From: Candidatus Omnitrophota bacterium
Lineage (GTDB): Bacteria > Omnitrophota > Gorgyraeia > Gygaellales > JBFMHM01
NCBI GenBank assembly: GCA_040753015.1
Contig: JBFMHM010000002.1
Location: 193,126 to 257,125, forward strand
Length of the DNA stretch: 64,000 nucleotides
Direction of reading: 5' to 3'
Below are positions 20,906 through 31,598 of this stretch, piece by piece. Every line of letters begins with the position of its first letter. Positions within the stretch are counted from its first letter, which is position 1. Made by a program: the position numbers and the translations under genes. The notes under the pieces are model-generated. The model saw nothing but the letters and a program-made list of their open reading frames with translations, was not told where the DNA came from and searched no databases.

Positions 20906-21687
20906 TTAATTAAACCTTTAACAAAATTACTAACTTTTTCAATTAAGTTTTTGTTGCCGATATTTTCTTTTATTTTTTTTACAATTGCGCTTCCGACAAT
21001 TGTGCCATCGCAAAATCTAGAAACCTCTTTTACTTGTTCTTTAGTTGATACTCCAAAACCAACACATACCGGCTTTTTAGTTAACCGCTTAATCGCTTTA
21101 ATATTATCTTGCAAATCTTTTGGTAATTCTTGCCTTGCACCAGTTACGCCTGTCAAAGATACATAATAAATAAAACCAGTTGATTTACTTGCAACCATCT
21201 TTGCCCGCATATTTAAAGTTGTTGGCGTAACAAAACCAATCACATCAATTCTAGCTTTATTTGCTAGGCTGACAAAACTTTTTCCTTCATCTAGCGGCAA
21301 ATCTGGAATAATTAAACCATCGACTCCGGAATTTTTTGCTTCATTAATAAATTTTTCTATACCAAAACAAAAAATTGGATTGTAATAAGTCATAAGGCTT
21401 ATTGACATAGCTACTTCTTTTCTAATACGCTTAACCAATTTTAAAATATCAACTAAGTGAGTACCTTTTTTAAGTGCTTCAAATGATGCTTCTTGAATTA
21501 CTTGGCCATCTGCCATAGGGTCAGAAAACGGAACACCTAATTCAATAATATCTACGCCAATTTTATCAAACTCTCTAATTAGGCGTTCTGTAGTTTGTAA
21601 ATTTGGGTAACCAGCAGTAATGAATGCAATGAATGCCTTTTTATTCTGCCTTTTTAATTCCCGAAACTTTTTCTCTATACGAGTCAT
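20902..21687 (-). CDS. trpA: tryptophan synthase alpha chain
   Basis: From MTRIEKKFRELKRQNKKAFIAFITAGYP...ELGVPFSDPMADGQVIQEA it aligns with TrpA. The ORF-track start at 21750 (MPARHQ...) is an unlikely extension into the GC-rich element; the start at 21687 is preferred. Confidence 0.85.
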   Translation of the reverse strand: MTRIEKKFRELKRQNKKAFIAFITAGYPNLQTTERLIREFDKIGVDIIELGVPFSDPMADGQVIQEASFEALKKGTHLVDILKLVKRIRKEVAMSISLMTYYNPIFCFGIEKFINEAKNSGVDGLIIPDLPLDEGKSFVSLANKARIDVIGFVTPTTLNMRAKMVASKSTGFIYYVSLTGVTGARQELPKDLQDNIKAIKRLTKKPVCVGFGVSTKEQVKEVSRFCDGTIVGSAIVKKIKENIGNKNLIEKVSNFVKGLIN

Positions 21688-21734
21688 AATAAAATCATAT
21701 GGTCGAGAGAAGTTTGATATGAGCAGGACGCTTT

Positions 21735-21835
21735 GATGGCGAGCGGGCATGGTGTCCGCCGCAGGCGGACGAGCGAGCCCGAAACGCGAGCGAATCCGAC
21801 ACGCTGGGTCGGATGAGCGTTCCAGCGAATATAAA
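21735..21835. other. GC-rich (about 65% GC) hairpin-rich element, about 100 bp, between trpB and trpA; candidate structured RNA or miniature repeat
   Basis: Two perfect GC-rich hairpins, gtccgcc-gca-ggcggac and atccgac-acgctgg-gtcggat, plus repeated gagcg motifs, in a genome that is otherwise about 30% GC. Confidence 0.3.
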
Positions 21836-21853
21836 CTTCGATAAAGCCCATAA

Positions 21854-23011
21854 TCATACTTTTAGTTTTTGAGTTACGATTCCCATATCTTTGTCACCGC
21901 GGCCAGATAGACAAACAATTATAATTGAATTTTTATTTGCCTTGCGGCTTAGTTTTTTTAAATAAGCTATTGCGTGAGCTGACTCAAGCGCAGGAATTAT
22001 CCCCTCTTGCTGCGATAATAATTTAAATCCCTCTAAAGCTTCCACATCATTTATAGGAACATATTGAGCGCGTCCAATTTTTTTGTAATATGTATGTTCT
22101 GGCCCAACCCCGGGATAATCCAATCCTGCAGAAATTGAATGCGTTGCTTTAACCTGCCCAAACTTATCTTCTAAAAGCCCGGACTTTGAGCCATGCAATA
22201 CTCCAATATCACCGCCAACTAATGTTGCCGCACCCTTTGCCTCAACACCAATAAATTTTACATCTTTATCATTAAAAAATGAATGAAACAATCCCATCGC
22301 GTTGCTCCCCCCGCCCACGCAAGCAACTAAATAATCTGGAAGCCGTTTTTCTTTCTTTAAAATTTGCTGCCTTGCCTCTTTTCCAATTATCGACTGAAAA
22401 TCCCGCACAATCATCGGATAGGGATGCGGCCCAGCAACACTACCAATAATATAATATGTTGTGCGTACATTCGTAACCCAGTCGCGAATTGCCTCTGTCA
22501 TTGCATCTTTTAAAGTCTTTGAGCCAGAATTAACGCTAATTACGCGCGCTCCCAAAAGCTTCATTCGATAAACGTTAAGTTTTTGGCGTTCAATATCTTC
22601 TCGTCCCATAAAAATATCACACTCTAACCCAAATAAAGCGGCAACTGTTGCAGTTGCAACTCCGTGCTGACCAGCACCGGTTTCAGCAATCACGCGCTTT
22701 TTGCCCATTCGCTTTGCAAGTAAAACTTGGCCTAAGGTATTATTAATTTTATGCGCACCCGTATGAAGCAGATCTTCCCGCTTTAAATAAATTTTATTTA
22801 TGCCAAGCGTATCACTTAAATTTTTTGCTAGATATAATGGCGTTGGCCTACCAGCATATTCATGTAGATAATAATTTAGCTCTTGTTTAAATTTTTTATC
22901 TTTACAAGAAGCCCTGTATTCTTTTGTCAAATCATCCAAAGCAGAAATCAAAGTTTCCGGCACAAATCTCCCCCCAAACTCCCCAAAATATCCTCTTTTA
23001 TCTGGTAACAT
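21854..23011 (-). CDS. trpB: tryptophan synthase beta chain
   Basis: 385 aa; PLP-dependent TrpB motifs ([17 protein letters not shown]). Confidence 0.95.
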   Translation of the reverse strand: MLPDKRGYFGEFGGRFVPETLISALDDLTKEYRASCKDKKFKQELNYYLHEYAGRPTPLYLAKNLSDTLGINKIYLKREDLLHTGAHKINNTLGQVLLAKRMGKKRVIAETGAGQHGVATATVAALFGLECDIFMGREDIERQKLNVYRMKLLGARVISVNSGSKTLKDAMTEAIRDWVTNVRTTYYIIGSVAGPHPYPMIVRDFQSIIGKEARQQILKKEKRLPDYLVACVGGGSNAMGLFHSFFNDKDVKFIGVEAKGAATLVGGDIGVLHGSKSGLLEDKFGQVKATHSISAGLDYPGVGPEHTYYKKIGRAQYVPINDVEALEGFKLLSQQEGIIPALESAHAIAYLKKLSRKANKNSIIIVCLSGRGDKDMGIVTQKLKV

Positions 23012-23629
23012 TTATAACCCTTTCGCTGCGTTGATAAATTTTTTAACTTTCTTTATATCTTTTTTGCCGGGAGAGACTTCAAGAGAGCTTGAAGCATCTA
23101 CCCAATTAGGATGCGCAACTTTAATTGCTTGTTTTACATTCTTCTCGTTAAGTCCGCCGGATAAAAATACAGGCTGCCTAAGTTTGCCTATATGCTTAAC
23201 TAATTCCCAGTTAAAATTTTTTCCAGTCCCGCCGATTTTTTTTGGCATATAGGTATCAAACATATATGCAAAGACATTATACTTTTTAATCTGCCTTGGG
23301 TCTATTTTATTCTTTATACGGAATGCCTTAATAATTTTGTAACCTTTAAATCGTTTACAAAAACTTGGCGTTTCTTTGCCATGGAATTGCAACACATCTA
23401 ATTGGCATGCCTTTGCAATTTCTTTTATTTTTTTCTCTTTTTCATCAACAAAAATACCTATCTTAACAATCGACCCTGGGATATATCGTGTTATTCCCTG
23501 ACAACCATCAGGATTAATATAACGCGGGCTTTTCTTATAAAACACAAATCCTAACGCATCACACCCAGCATCAATTGAAGCAAGCGCATCATTAACATTG
23601 GTTATTCCGCAAACCTTGACCTTTGTCAT
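23012..23629 (-). CDS. trpF: phosphoribosylanthranilate isomerase
   Basis: MTKVKVCGITNVNDALASIDAGCDALGFVF; 205 aa. Confidence 0.85.
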   Translation of the reverse strand: MTKVKVCGITNVNDALASIDAGCDALGFVFYKKSPRYINPDGCQGITRYIPGSIVKIGIFVDEKEKKIKEIAKACQLDVLQFHGKETPSFCKRFKGYKIIKAFRIKNKIDPRQIKKYNVFAYMFDTYMPKKIGGTGKNFNWELVKHIGKLRQPVFLSGGLNEKNVKQAIKVAHPNWVDASSSLEVSPGKKDIKKVKKFINAAKGL

Positions 23630-24390
23630 TGAATTATTTTTTTGATATTTTTTAAAAAACCAGCTCTTAAAAATGCCTCACCAACTAAAACTACATTTAC
23701 GCCTAATTTCCGCAGATAATCCAAATCTTTCTTTGTAGAAATACCACTTTCACTTATAATAATTTTATCTCTAGGTATGAATTTAATTAATTTTTCTGTT
23801 GTGCATAAATCAACCTTAAATGTTTTCAAATCACGATTATTTATACCAATAATCTCTGCGCCTGACTTTAATGCTTTGTTTAAGTCTCGCTTAGTATGCA
23901 CTTCAACTAATACATCAAGCCCGACATCTTTTGCAATCTTTATAAATTTTTTTAATTTATCTAAAGCTAAAATCTCGGTAATTAAAAGTACCGCATCTGC
24001 GCTAAATAATTTTGACTCATAAATTTGATATTCGTCAATAATAAAATCCTTGCGAAGCACAGGCAAACCAGAAATATCTTTTACATCCCTTAAGTACCCA
24101 ACATTGCCTTTAAAAAAATCTTTTTCCGTTAGAACTGAAATTGCTGCAGCGCCTAATTTCTTATAAACTAATGCAATTTTTTTGTGATTAAAATCTTTTA
24201 TGATTATGCCTTTTGAGGGCGATGCTTTTTTTACTTCGGCAATAATATTTAGGCCTTTTTTTGCGATTGCCTTTTTAAATAAAGGCTTTTCTTTGCCTAA
24301 ATTTCTTTTTAATTCATCTAACGTAAAACGTTTTTTTAAAAGAGCAATTTCTTCTTTCTTTTTCTTTAAAATCTTATTCAAAAAATTCAT
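23626..24390 (-). CDS. trpC: indole-3-glycerol phosphate synthase
   Basis: IAEVKKASPSKG...LRKDFIIDEYQIYESK...NNRDLKTF; 254 aa. Confidence 0.85.
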   Translation of the reverse strand: MNFLNKILKKKKEEIALLKKRFTLDELKRNLGKEKPLFKKAIAKKGLNIIAEVKKASPSKGIIIKDFNHKKIALVYKKLGAAAISVLTEKDFFKGNVGYLRDVKDISGLPVLRKDFIIDEYQIYESKLFSADAVLLITEILALDKLKKFIKIAKDVGLDVLVEVHTKRDLNKALKSGAEIIGINNRDLKTFKVDLCTTEKLIKFIPRDKIIISESGISTKKDLDYLRKLGVNVVLVGEAFLRAGFLKNIKKIIQ

Positions 24391-24397
24391 TTTTGGA

Positions 24398-25444
24398 TTA
24401 TGATAACGTAATACTTGATGTAAATTCCCTAAGCATTTCTAGTTTTTCTGCCGCCTTTCCAGAATCAATAGATTCTTTTGCTTTCTTCATGCCTTCTTCT
24501 ATCGTCAAAGCATAATCTGCGGCATAAATTGCACAACCAGCATTTAAAATAACAATGTCTCTTTTTGCTCCCTTCTTACCTGCTAACACGTCACGGACAA
24601 TTTCAACATTACTTTCAACACTTCCATCACAAAGATCGCTTAAAGACGCTTTTTTAATGCCAAATTCACTAGGTGTAATCTCAAAAGTTTTTACTTTCTT
24701 ATTTTTAACTTCTGCTACAAAAGTCTTTGTAGTTGTGGTTACTTCATCAATACCGTCCTTGCCATGTACAATAAGTGCATGCTTTGAGCCTAAATTTAAC
24801 AAAACCTCTGCCAAAGGCTTAACCCATTTATCATCATATACACCAATTAACTGATGTGCTGCGCCTGCTGGGTTTGTTAAAGGCCCTAAGATATTAAAAA
24901 TTGTCCTAATACCAATTTCCTGACGGACTGGTTGCGCGTACTTCATTGCCGGATGAAGAATTGGCGCAAATAAAAAAGCAATGCCATTTTTCTCTAAACA
25001 ATCTTCGACCTTTTCAACTGAAATATTAATATTTATCCCAAGCCCCTCCAATACATCTGCGCTTCCGCAATGGCTTGAAATAGAGCGGTTACCGTGTTTT
25101 GCAACCCTTACACCTGCTCCAGCAGCAACAAATGCACTAACCGTAGAAATATTGAATGTGCCTGAATAATCCCCGCCTGTACCACAAGTATCAAGAATTG
25201 TTTTATCTTTAGCACAGATTTTTGTAACAAACCGCCTCATAACTTGCGCAGCAGCTGTAATTTCTTCTACTGTCTCGCCTTTTACGCGAAGAGCAGTTAG
25301 AAAACAAGCAATCTGGCTAGCTGTCGCCTTCCCAGTCAAAATCTCTTCAAATATCAATTCTACTTCTTTATGGCTTAGGTCTGAATGTTCAATCAACACC
25401 GCTATTGCTTTTTTTATAGCGCTATTATTGGTTAAATTATTCAT
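24398..25444 (-). CDS. trpD: anthranilate phosphoribosyltransferase
   Basis: [36 protein letters not shown]; 348 aa. Confidence 0.9.
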   Translation of the reverse strand: MNNLTNNSAIKKAIAVLIEHSDLSHKEVELIFEEILTGKATASQIACFLTALRVKGETVEEITAAAQVMRRFVTKICAKDKTILDTCGTGGDYSGTFNISTVSAFVAAGAGVRVAKHGNRSISSHCGSADVLEGLGININISVEKVEDCLEKNGIAFLFAPILHPAMKYAQPVRQEIGIRTIFNILGPLTNPAGAAHQLIGVYDDKWVKPLAEVLLNLGSKHALIVHGKDGIDEVTTTTKTFVAEVKNKKVKTFEITPSEFGIKKASLSDLCDGSVESNVEIVRDVLAGKKGAKRDIVILNAGCAIYAADYALTIEEGMKKAKESIDSGKAAEKLEMLREFTSSITLS

Positions 25445-26012
25445 ATTTTTTATAAGTTAAAAAGTTTTTTAGGATTTTTAATCCTTGCTTTGTTAATATT
25501 GATTCGGGATGAAACTGAACTCCCCATAAATAATATTCTTTATGTTTTAGTCCCATTATTTCGCCGTCTTTTGTTTTTGCAATTATCTCTAAATTAGAAG
25601 GCAGAGATTTTTTTTCAACAATTAACGAATGATAACGAGTTGCTTCAAAAGGATTAGGTATTCCTTTAAATATCGTTTTCTTATTATGATAAATTAAAGA
25701 TGTCTTACCGTGCATTAAATATTTTGCCCTAACAATTTTTCCTCCGAATGCCTCACCTATGCATTGATGGCCAAGGCATACACCTAAAATAGGAATAACC
25801 CCGGCAAATTTTTTTATCACATCAATTGAAATTCCTGCATCCTTGGGTTCACCCGGGCCCGGTGAAATAACTATTGCCGCAGGCCTTAATCCTTTAATAT
25901 AATTCAAAGTTAATTTATCATTCCTACGTACAACTATTTTTTGGCCAAGCTGACCAAAATATTGCACTAAATTATAAGTAAATGAATCGTAATTATCTAT
26001 TATTAAAATCAT
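25437..26012 (-). CDS. trpG: anthranilate synthase component II / aminodeoxychorismate synthase glutamine amidotransferase
   Basis: Class I GATase ([15 protein letters not shown]...GVCLGHQ...FHPE); 191 aa. Confidence 0.85.
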   Translation of the reverse strand: MILIIDNYDSFTYNLVQYFGQLGQKIVVRRNDKLTLNYIKGLRPAAIVISPGPGEPKDAGISIDVIKKFAGVIPILGVCLGHQCIGEAFGGKIVRAKYLMHGKTSLIYHNKKTIFKGIPNPFEATRYHSLIVEKKSLPSNLEIIAKTKDGEIMGLKHKEYYLWGVQFHPESILTKQGLKILKNFLTYKKYE

Positions 26013-26815
26013 GTATAATTATTTAATTGATTATTATAATCTATCTCAATTACTCGCCCATCTTCGAACTGCAAAGATACTTTTCTTTTCAAAATATCCA
26101 CATTAATCACTTTACCCTTACCTTCTTTCGTTGTAACAGTATTTCCAATCCGCGGAAGCCCTTTAGAAAGCTCCTTATAAGCACAATGCTCATAAGAAAG
26201 ACAGCACAGAAGCCTGCCGCAAAGCCCTGATATTTTAGAAGGATTTAATGGAAGGTTTTGGTCTTTGGCCATTTTTATAGTAACGGGCTCGAAATTTTTT
26301 AAAAATTTTCTGCAGCATAATTCTCTGCCACAATAACTTACCCCTCCGAAATGCTTGGCCTCGTCTCTTACGCCAATCTGCTTTAATTCTATGCGAGCTT
26401 TAAAAACTTTAGCTAAATCTTTGACTAGATCTCTAAAATCAACTCTGTCATCCGAACTAAAATAAAATATTATTTTTGATCCGTCAAAAGAAACCTCTGC
26501 ATCGATTAGCTTCATGTTGATTTTCTTTTCAGTAACTTTTTGTACAAATATATCCTGCGCTTCTTTTAACTTCTGTCTATTATTATTTATCTCCTCTAAA
26601 TCCCTAGGGGTTGCAATCCTGACCATCTCATAAATAACATCTTCGATTTTATCTTTTAAAACTATATGCGGTTCACTTAATATCTGAGCATAATCAAAAC
26701 CCCTGTCTTCCTTAAATATCACGATATCATCTATTTTAGGAAAAATATTATCGGAAAAACTGCAATTAATAGTCTGGCTAGAATCTCTTAATCTTGCCTG
26801 TACCACCCTCTTCAT
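26009..26815 (-). CDS. PSP1 C-terminal domain protein (RicT/YaaT-like)
   Basis: Cys-rich PSP1 core ([12 protein letters not shown]...[13 protein letters not shown]); located next to holB and tmk as in Bacillus. Confidence 0.75.
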   Translation of the reverse strand: MKRVVQARLRDSSQTINCSFSDNIFPKIDDIVIFKEDRGFDYAQILSEPHIVLKDKIEDVIYEMVRIATPRDLEEINNNRQKLKEAQDIFVQKVTEKKINMKLIDAEVSFDGSKIIFYFSSDDRVDFRDLVKDLAKVFKARIELKQIGVRDEAKHFGGVSYCGRELCCRKFLKNFEPVTIKMAKDQNLPLNPSKISGLCGRLLCCLSYEHCAYKELSKGLPRIGNTVTTKEGKGKVINVDILKRKVSLQFEDGRVIEIDYNNQLNNYT

Positions 26816-27684
26816 TTTAATATACTCCTAACTAATCTATTTTCGTTAATCCTTAAAAGTAAAACATCAAAAATTAATTTTAGATTTATATTCTGTTCAA
26901 TATTCAATGATAATTTTGCCAACTCATCAGAAATATTCAAAAGGCCGGCAAAACTAAATTGATTTTTTATATTAAGCAGTAAATCTAAATGGTCAAGATT
27001 AATTAAATCATCCTTAGGCGCATCTAAATTTAAAAATAAAATATCTCTTATCACAGATAAAACAATCATTAACGCTGCTTTAAATTCTTGTTTTTGCTCT
27101 AGGCTACCAAATCCTTTGCTTAAGTTATTATCTACAAACACTAAATTAATAACCTTATTTTTAAAATCTTTATCTTTAGATAAATTTTTTAAAGTATTAC
27201 TATCCGCTAAACCAAAATAAAATTTTTGGCAGCGAGAAATAATTGTAGGAAATATCTTTGAAAGCTTAGAGGTTGTTAAAATTATTACGGAATCCTCTAG
27301 TGGTTCTTCAAGTGTTTTTAACAGGCAATTAGCCGCATCATTAGTCAAATTATCAGCATTTCTGATAGCGAATATTTTTGTTTTTGCCTCATAAGGACGC
27401 ATATTAATAGATTTCTGTAAACTATGAATATCCGAAATTTTTATATGATCACTATTTAAACCATAGGCATGAAAATCTGGATGCATTAAGTTTTCTATTT
27501 TTTTACAATTTGAACAATTATTACAAGCGTTATAACTGCCGATCAGGCAATTTAACGACTTAGCAAGTTCTTTAATTGTAGAAAATTTTAAAGCGCCATC
27601 TGGCCCGATAAAAAGCAAACTTTGAATCGGCCGATTATTTCTAAAACTACTCAATATTAAATTTAAAATATCTCCGGAAATCAT
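26812..27684 (-). CDS. holB: DNA polymerase III delta' subunit
   Basis: AAA-like N-terminal region with a degenerate Walker A (LLFIGPDGALKFSTIKELAKSLNC) and the zinc-module cysteines CNNCSNC; conserved tmk-holB-yaaT context. Confidence 0.7.
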   Translation of the reverse strand: MISGDILNLILSSFRNNRPIQSLLFIGPDGALKFSTIKELAKSLNCLIGSYNACNNCSNCKKIENLMHPDFHAYGLNSDHIKISDIHSLQKSINMRPYEAKTKIFAIRNADNLTNDAANCLLKTLEEPLEDSVIILTTSKLSKIFPTIISRCQKFYFGLADSNTLKNLSKDKDFKNKVINLVFVDNNLSKGFGSLEQKQEFKAALMIVLSVIRDILFLNLDAPKDDLINLDHLDLLLNIKNQFSFAGLLNISDELAKLSLNIEQNINLKLIFDVLLLRINENRLVRSILK

Positions 27685-28304
27685 CTTATTTTTAGTTTAT
27701 TCTTTACAATCTCTCTTATTAATGTTTGCACTAAAAGAGGGTTTTTATCCGTTTTTATAATTTTAATCCGTTTCGGAAATTTTCTAGCTAACTTCAAATA
27801 TCCAACCCTTACTTTTTCGTGAAACTTGCAGGGTTTTTGTTCAATCCTATCCTTAATATTGCCTGCGCGCTTAAGACCAATTTCGGTATCAATATCTAAA
27901 AGTATAGTTAGATCTGGCATAAATTTTCCTACTACATATTTAGATAAAATACCGATTAACCCAGCGTCTACACCACCAGCATAACCTTGATAAACCATTG
28001 TCGCATCGATAAACCTATCACAAATAACAACATAATTTTTATTTAAATAATATTTTAATTTCTCTTCAATCAATTGATTACGCGCTGCCATATAAAGTAA
28101 TGTTTCGGTTAACGGCGTCATCTTTTTTAACTTTGGATCAAGCAATATATGCCTGATTTTTTCACTGATAATAACTCCTCCCGGCTCTCTCAAATGAATA
28201 ACTTTTAAACCTTTTGATTTTAAAAATTTTACCAAAAGATTAACCTGAGTGCTTTTTCCTGCACCCTCTGGCCCTTCAAATGTAATAAATTTACCCTTCG
28301 TCAT
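27681..28304 (-). CDS. tmk: thymidylate kinase
   Basis: FITFEGPEGAGKSTQ P-loop and a DRF/DRY motif (CDRFIDAT). Confidence 0.85.
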   Translation of the reverse strand: MTKGKFITFEGPEGAGKSTQVNLLVKFLKSKGLKVIHLREPGGVIISEKIRHILLDPKLKKMTPLTETLLYMAARNQLIEEKLKYYLNKNYVVICDRFIDATMVYQGYAGGVDAGLIGILSKYVVGKFMPDLTILLDIDTEIGLKRAGNIKDRIEQKPCKFHEKVRVGYLKLARKFPKRIKIIKTDKNPLLVQTLIREIVKNKLKIR

Positions 28305-29745
28305 TATCTACCTCAACAAAAGTAAAAGTATAACCACTGGCTGTATCAATTAAACTACCTTTATATTTAGCATCAATAGCCCTTCTAATTTCATCAGCCC
28401 GTTTAAAATCTTTATTTTTTTTCGCCTCTTCTCTCAATTTTAATTTCTCATTAAATTCTTGTGGCATGGCTTTTTCTTGCTTAATTGTTAAACCAAAAAT
28501 GTTAAAAAAAACTTCCAATTTGAGCTTGGCATATTTAAACAAATCTTCTTTATCCTGCGAAATAAATTTCGCTGATAAATCAATTAACTCAAAAATTATT
28601 GATAAAGCCTTTGGCGTATTAAAATCATCGCTTATTGCTTCAAAAAACTTATTGTCAAAATCATCGACCATTGACTTCTCTTTATCGCTAGAAGTTAGTT
28701 TTGGTTTACCCTCTTTAAGTTGCCAAAAATTTACTTTATCAAAAAACTCGTTAAATGTCTTTTTTTGTTTTTTTGCTTCTTCGATTTTTTCTTCCGTAAA
28801 ATCAACTGGATGCGAATAATGCGTAGATAAAAACAACAATTTTAATAAATCTGGGTCTCTGTATTTTGTAATAAAATCATCGACGGTAATAAAATTTCCT
28901 AAAGACTTTGCCATTTTTTGGCCATTTATTGTTAAAAGCCCATGATGTATCCAATAATTGGCAAATCTTTTACCTAAAGCTTGTGATTGCGCAAACTCAT
29001 TTTCATGGTGCGGAAAAATTAAATCTATTCCGCCGCCATGAATATCAAACTCATCACCTAATAAATCTTCGCTCATCGCCGAACACTCAATATGCCATCC
29101 TGGCCTGCCACGCCCCCAAGGGCTTTGCCAGCTAGGCTCATTTTCTTTTGCTTTTTTCCAAAGCGCAAAATCTAGAGGGTTTCTTTTATTTTCACCGACA
29201 ACAAATCTTGCCCCGCTGATCATTTTATCCAAAGATTGGTTAGAAAGCTTCCCATAATTTTTTGCTTTGGTAATATCAAAATAAACATCACCGCTAGCCT
29301 CATAAGCACTATTTTTGTCAATAAGCATCTTAATAAAACTAATCATTTTATCAATATATTCGCTTGCCTTCGGCTCAATTATATCATTAGAATCAATGCC
29401 TAAACTCTTAAGTGCGCTATGGTACGAAGCAAGGTACTTTGTTGCAACTTTTTTAAATGAAATATTCAAATCTTCGCTAGGATATTCCTTTTTTGCTTTA
29501 TCAATAATTTTATCATCAACATCTGTCACATTTCTAACAAACTTAACTTTATAACCCTTAAAACAAAGATACCGCCTTATTACATCAAAAATATAGGCAC
29601 TCCTGGCATGGCCTATATGCGGTTCATCATAAACCGTTGGCCCACAAACATACATCCTTACTTCTCTATTATTTATAGGCTCAAAAGGCATTTTCTTGCG
29701 CTCTAAAGAGTTATAAATAAAAATTTTATTCTCTTGCTTGTTCAT
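28291..29745 (-). CDS. cysS: cysteine--tRNA ligase
   Basis: HIGH (PHIGHARS) and KMSKS (KMAKSLGN) motifs, and the zinc-binding Cys ([10 protein letters not shown]). Confidence 0.9.
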   Translation of the reverse strand: MNKQENKIFIYNSLERKKMPFEPINNREVRMYVCGPTVYDEPHIGHARSAYIFDVIRRYLCFKGYKVKFVRNVTDVDDKIIDKAKKEYPSEDLNISFKKVATKYLASYHSALKSLGIDSNDIIEPKASEYIDKMISFIKMLIDKNSAYEASGDVYFDITKAKNYGKLSNQSLDKMISGARFVVGENKRNPLDFALWKKAKENEPSWQSPWGRGRPGWHIECSAMSEDLLGDEFDIHGGGIDLIFPHHENEFAQSQALGKRFANYWIHHGLLTINGQKMAKSLGNFITVDDFITKYRDPDLLKLLFLSTHYSHPVDFTEEKIEEAKKQKKTFNEFFDKVNFWQLKEGKPKLTSSDKEKSMVDDFDNKFFEAISDDFNTPKALSIIFELIDLSAKFISQDKEDLFKYAKLKLEVFFNIFGLTIKQEKAMPQEFNEKLKLREEAKKNKDFKRADEIRRAIDAKYKGSLIDTASGYTFTFVEVDNDEG

Positions 29746-30422
29746 TTATTCTCTAATTTTTCAACCCGCTTCTCTAATTCTTCGATTGTTTGTATCAATG
29801 GATCAACTATGTGGATATGATCTAAATCAATATCAATTCTTTTTCCATCCTGACGCGTTAGCCTGCCCGGAACCCCCACAACGGTTGAATTTGCCGGAAC
29901 ATCTTTAATGACAACCGCGTTTGACCCAATATAAGAATTATCGCCGATTTTAATGTTGCCCAAAACTTTTGCCCCAGCACCTATAACAATATTATTGCCT
30001 ATGGTTGGATGCCGCTTGCCCTTTTCTTTACCAGTGCCACCTAAGGTCACTCCTTGATATAAAATAACATTGTTGCCAATTATAGCCGTTTCTCCGATAA
30101 CAACACCCATGCCATGGTCAATAAAAAAACCTTTGCCAATATTTGCCCCTGGATGAATCTCAATGCCGGTTAAGAACCTAGAAACCTGGGAAATTAAACG
30201 AGGCAGCAGGGGAAGTTTCACTCTAAATAACAAATGACTAATACGATAAAGAACTAAAGCAGCTAATCCAGGATATAATAATATTATCTCAAATGAACTT
30301 TTTGCCGCGGGGTCTTTCTCTTTTGCTGCTAAAACCTCTCTCCTAAAAAATATACCTACAAACAAAACCCAAACAAAAATTAATAGAAATAAATATAAAA
30401 TTAGCGAAATAATCATACCCAC
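29742..30422 (-). CDS. cysE: serine O-acetyltransferase (short form, with a predicted N-terminal TM helix)
   Basis: Left-handed beta-helix hexapeptide repeats ([34 protein letters not shown]...) and [16 protein letters not shown]. The first 26 residues are hydrophobic. Confidence 0.8.
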   Translation of the reverse strand: MGMIISLILYLFLLIFVWVLFVGIFFRREVLAAKEKDPAAKSSFEIILLYPGLAALVLYRISHLLFRVKLPLLPRLISQVSRFLTGIEIHPGANIGKGFFIDHGMGVVIGETAIIGNNVILYQGVTLGGTGKEKGKRHPTIGNNIVIGAGAKVLGNIKIGDNSYIGSNAVVIKDVPANSTVVGVPGRLTRQDGKRIDIDLDHIHIVDPLIQTIEELEKRVEKLENK

Positions 30423-30423
30423 C

Positions 30424-30915
30424 TCATTTCTTTATCAAAACAACTGCCTGAACAGCGATAGCCTTTTTCTGACCAACTGCATCAAGGCCTTCATTTGTCT
30501 TTGCTTTAATATTTACAACATTTAAATTAATATTTAATAAACTTGCTAATTTTTGGCGCATTTTTATTTTTAGGCCGCGAAGCTTTGGTTCTTCTAAAAT
30601 TATATTTAAATCGATATTTCCGATTTTATACCTTTCTTTCCTTAAAATTTTTAATGTTTCTCTAAGTAATTCTATGCTAGAAATATTTTTAAATTTTTTC
30701 TCTGTATCAGGAAAATGCTCACCAATATCTCCTTTAGCAACCGCCCCGATGATTGCATCAATAAGTGCATGCAAAACCACATCAGCATCACTATGGCCAA
30801 GAAGCCCCCTACTGCTAGGTATTTTGACACCGGCTAAAATCAGGCCTCGGCCTTTAACCAAACGGTGAATATCGTAACCAATCCCAACTCTCACCATATG
30901 CTTATCGTTTCGCAC
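30424..30915 (-). CDS. ispF: 2-C-methyl-D-erythritol 2,4-cyclodiphosphate synthase
   Basis: [10 protein letters not shown]...[19 protein letters not shown]. Confidence 0.9.
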   Translation of the reverse strand: MRNDKHMVRVGIGYDIHRLVKGRGLILAGVKIPSSRGLLGHSDADVVLHALIDAIIGAVAKGDIGEHFPDTEKKFKNISSIELLRETLKILRKERYKIGNIDLNIILEEPKLRGLKIKMRQKLASLLNINLNVVNIKAKTNEGLDAVGQKKAIAVQAVVLIKK

Positions 30916-31597
30916 TTTCTGTTTCCGATATCGCTTTTGCGATTATTAAATCTTCTGGTGTAGTAATTTTAATATTGCTATACAATCCTTTAACAACTCT
31001 AACTTTAATCCCCATCCTCTCAACTAATACCGAATCATCAGTAACAGATTTATCATAAGGCATACTATATGCCTTTAAAATTATATCCTTTTTAAAAATC
31101 TGCGGAGTTTGAATTTCCCAAATCTGCTCTCTGTCTAAAGTTTCTTCTATGATTTTTGATTTTCGATTTTTGATTTTTTTTATAGTTGCTTTAGCTGGAA
31201 CACCAACAACTGCTGCGCCAAAATTAGCAGCTGTTCTAGCACAATTAGTTACAGTTTTTTTATCAATAAATGGCCGCGCGCCATCATGAATCATAACCAA
31301 ATCACAATTTATGCATAAATGGCTTAAACCGGCCTTAACAGAATCAAATCTTTCTTTGCCTCCACAAACTATATTTTTTATTTTTTTAAAATTTGATTTT
31401 TTAATTAGGTTCCTTATAGCCGCTTGATCCTTATTTCTCGCAACTAAAATAATATGCCTAATTAAATCGAGAGATTCCAATGTTTCTAACAAATGAAATA
31501 ATGCGGGCTTTTTATTTATAACAATTAATGCTTTGGAAGTCTTTATTTTTAAACGATTGCCTTTGCCCGCGGCAACAATTATTGCGCAAAGCTGCAT
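30902..31597 (-). CDS. ispD: 2-C-methyl-D-erythritol 4-phosphate cytidylyltransferase
   Basis: AIIVAAGKGNRL; 231 aa; adjacent to ispF. Confidence 0.85.
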   Translation of the reverse strand: MQLCAIIVAAGKGNRLKIKTSKALIVINKKPALFHLLETLESLDLIRHIILVARNKDQAAIRNLIKKSNFKKIKNIVCGGKERFDSVKAGLSHLCINCDLVMIHDGARPFIDKKTVTNCARTAANFGAAVVGVPAKATIKKIKNRKSKIIEETLDREQIWEIQTPQIFKKDIILKAYSMPYDKSVTDDSVLVERMGIKVRVVKGLYSNIKITTPEDLIIAKAISETESAKR

Positions 31598-31598
31598 A

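Noticed and set aside
21688-21750. ORF-track N-terminal extension of trpA (MPARHQSVLLISNFSRPYDFI...) starting at 21750
   Set aside because: TrpA homology begins at the internal Met (MTRIEKKF...) at 21687. The extension lies inside the GC-rich hairpin element and has atypical composition.
21735-21835. tRNA or SRP/4.5S RNA in the GC-rich block
   Set aside because: No cloverleaf, T-loop (GTTCRANYC) or D-loop features were found, and no SRP domain-IV GGAAGGAAGCAGC-like motif; it was kept only as an unclassified structured element.
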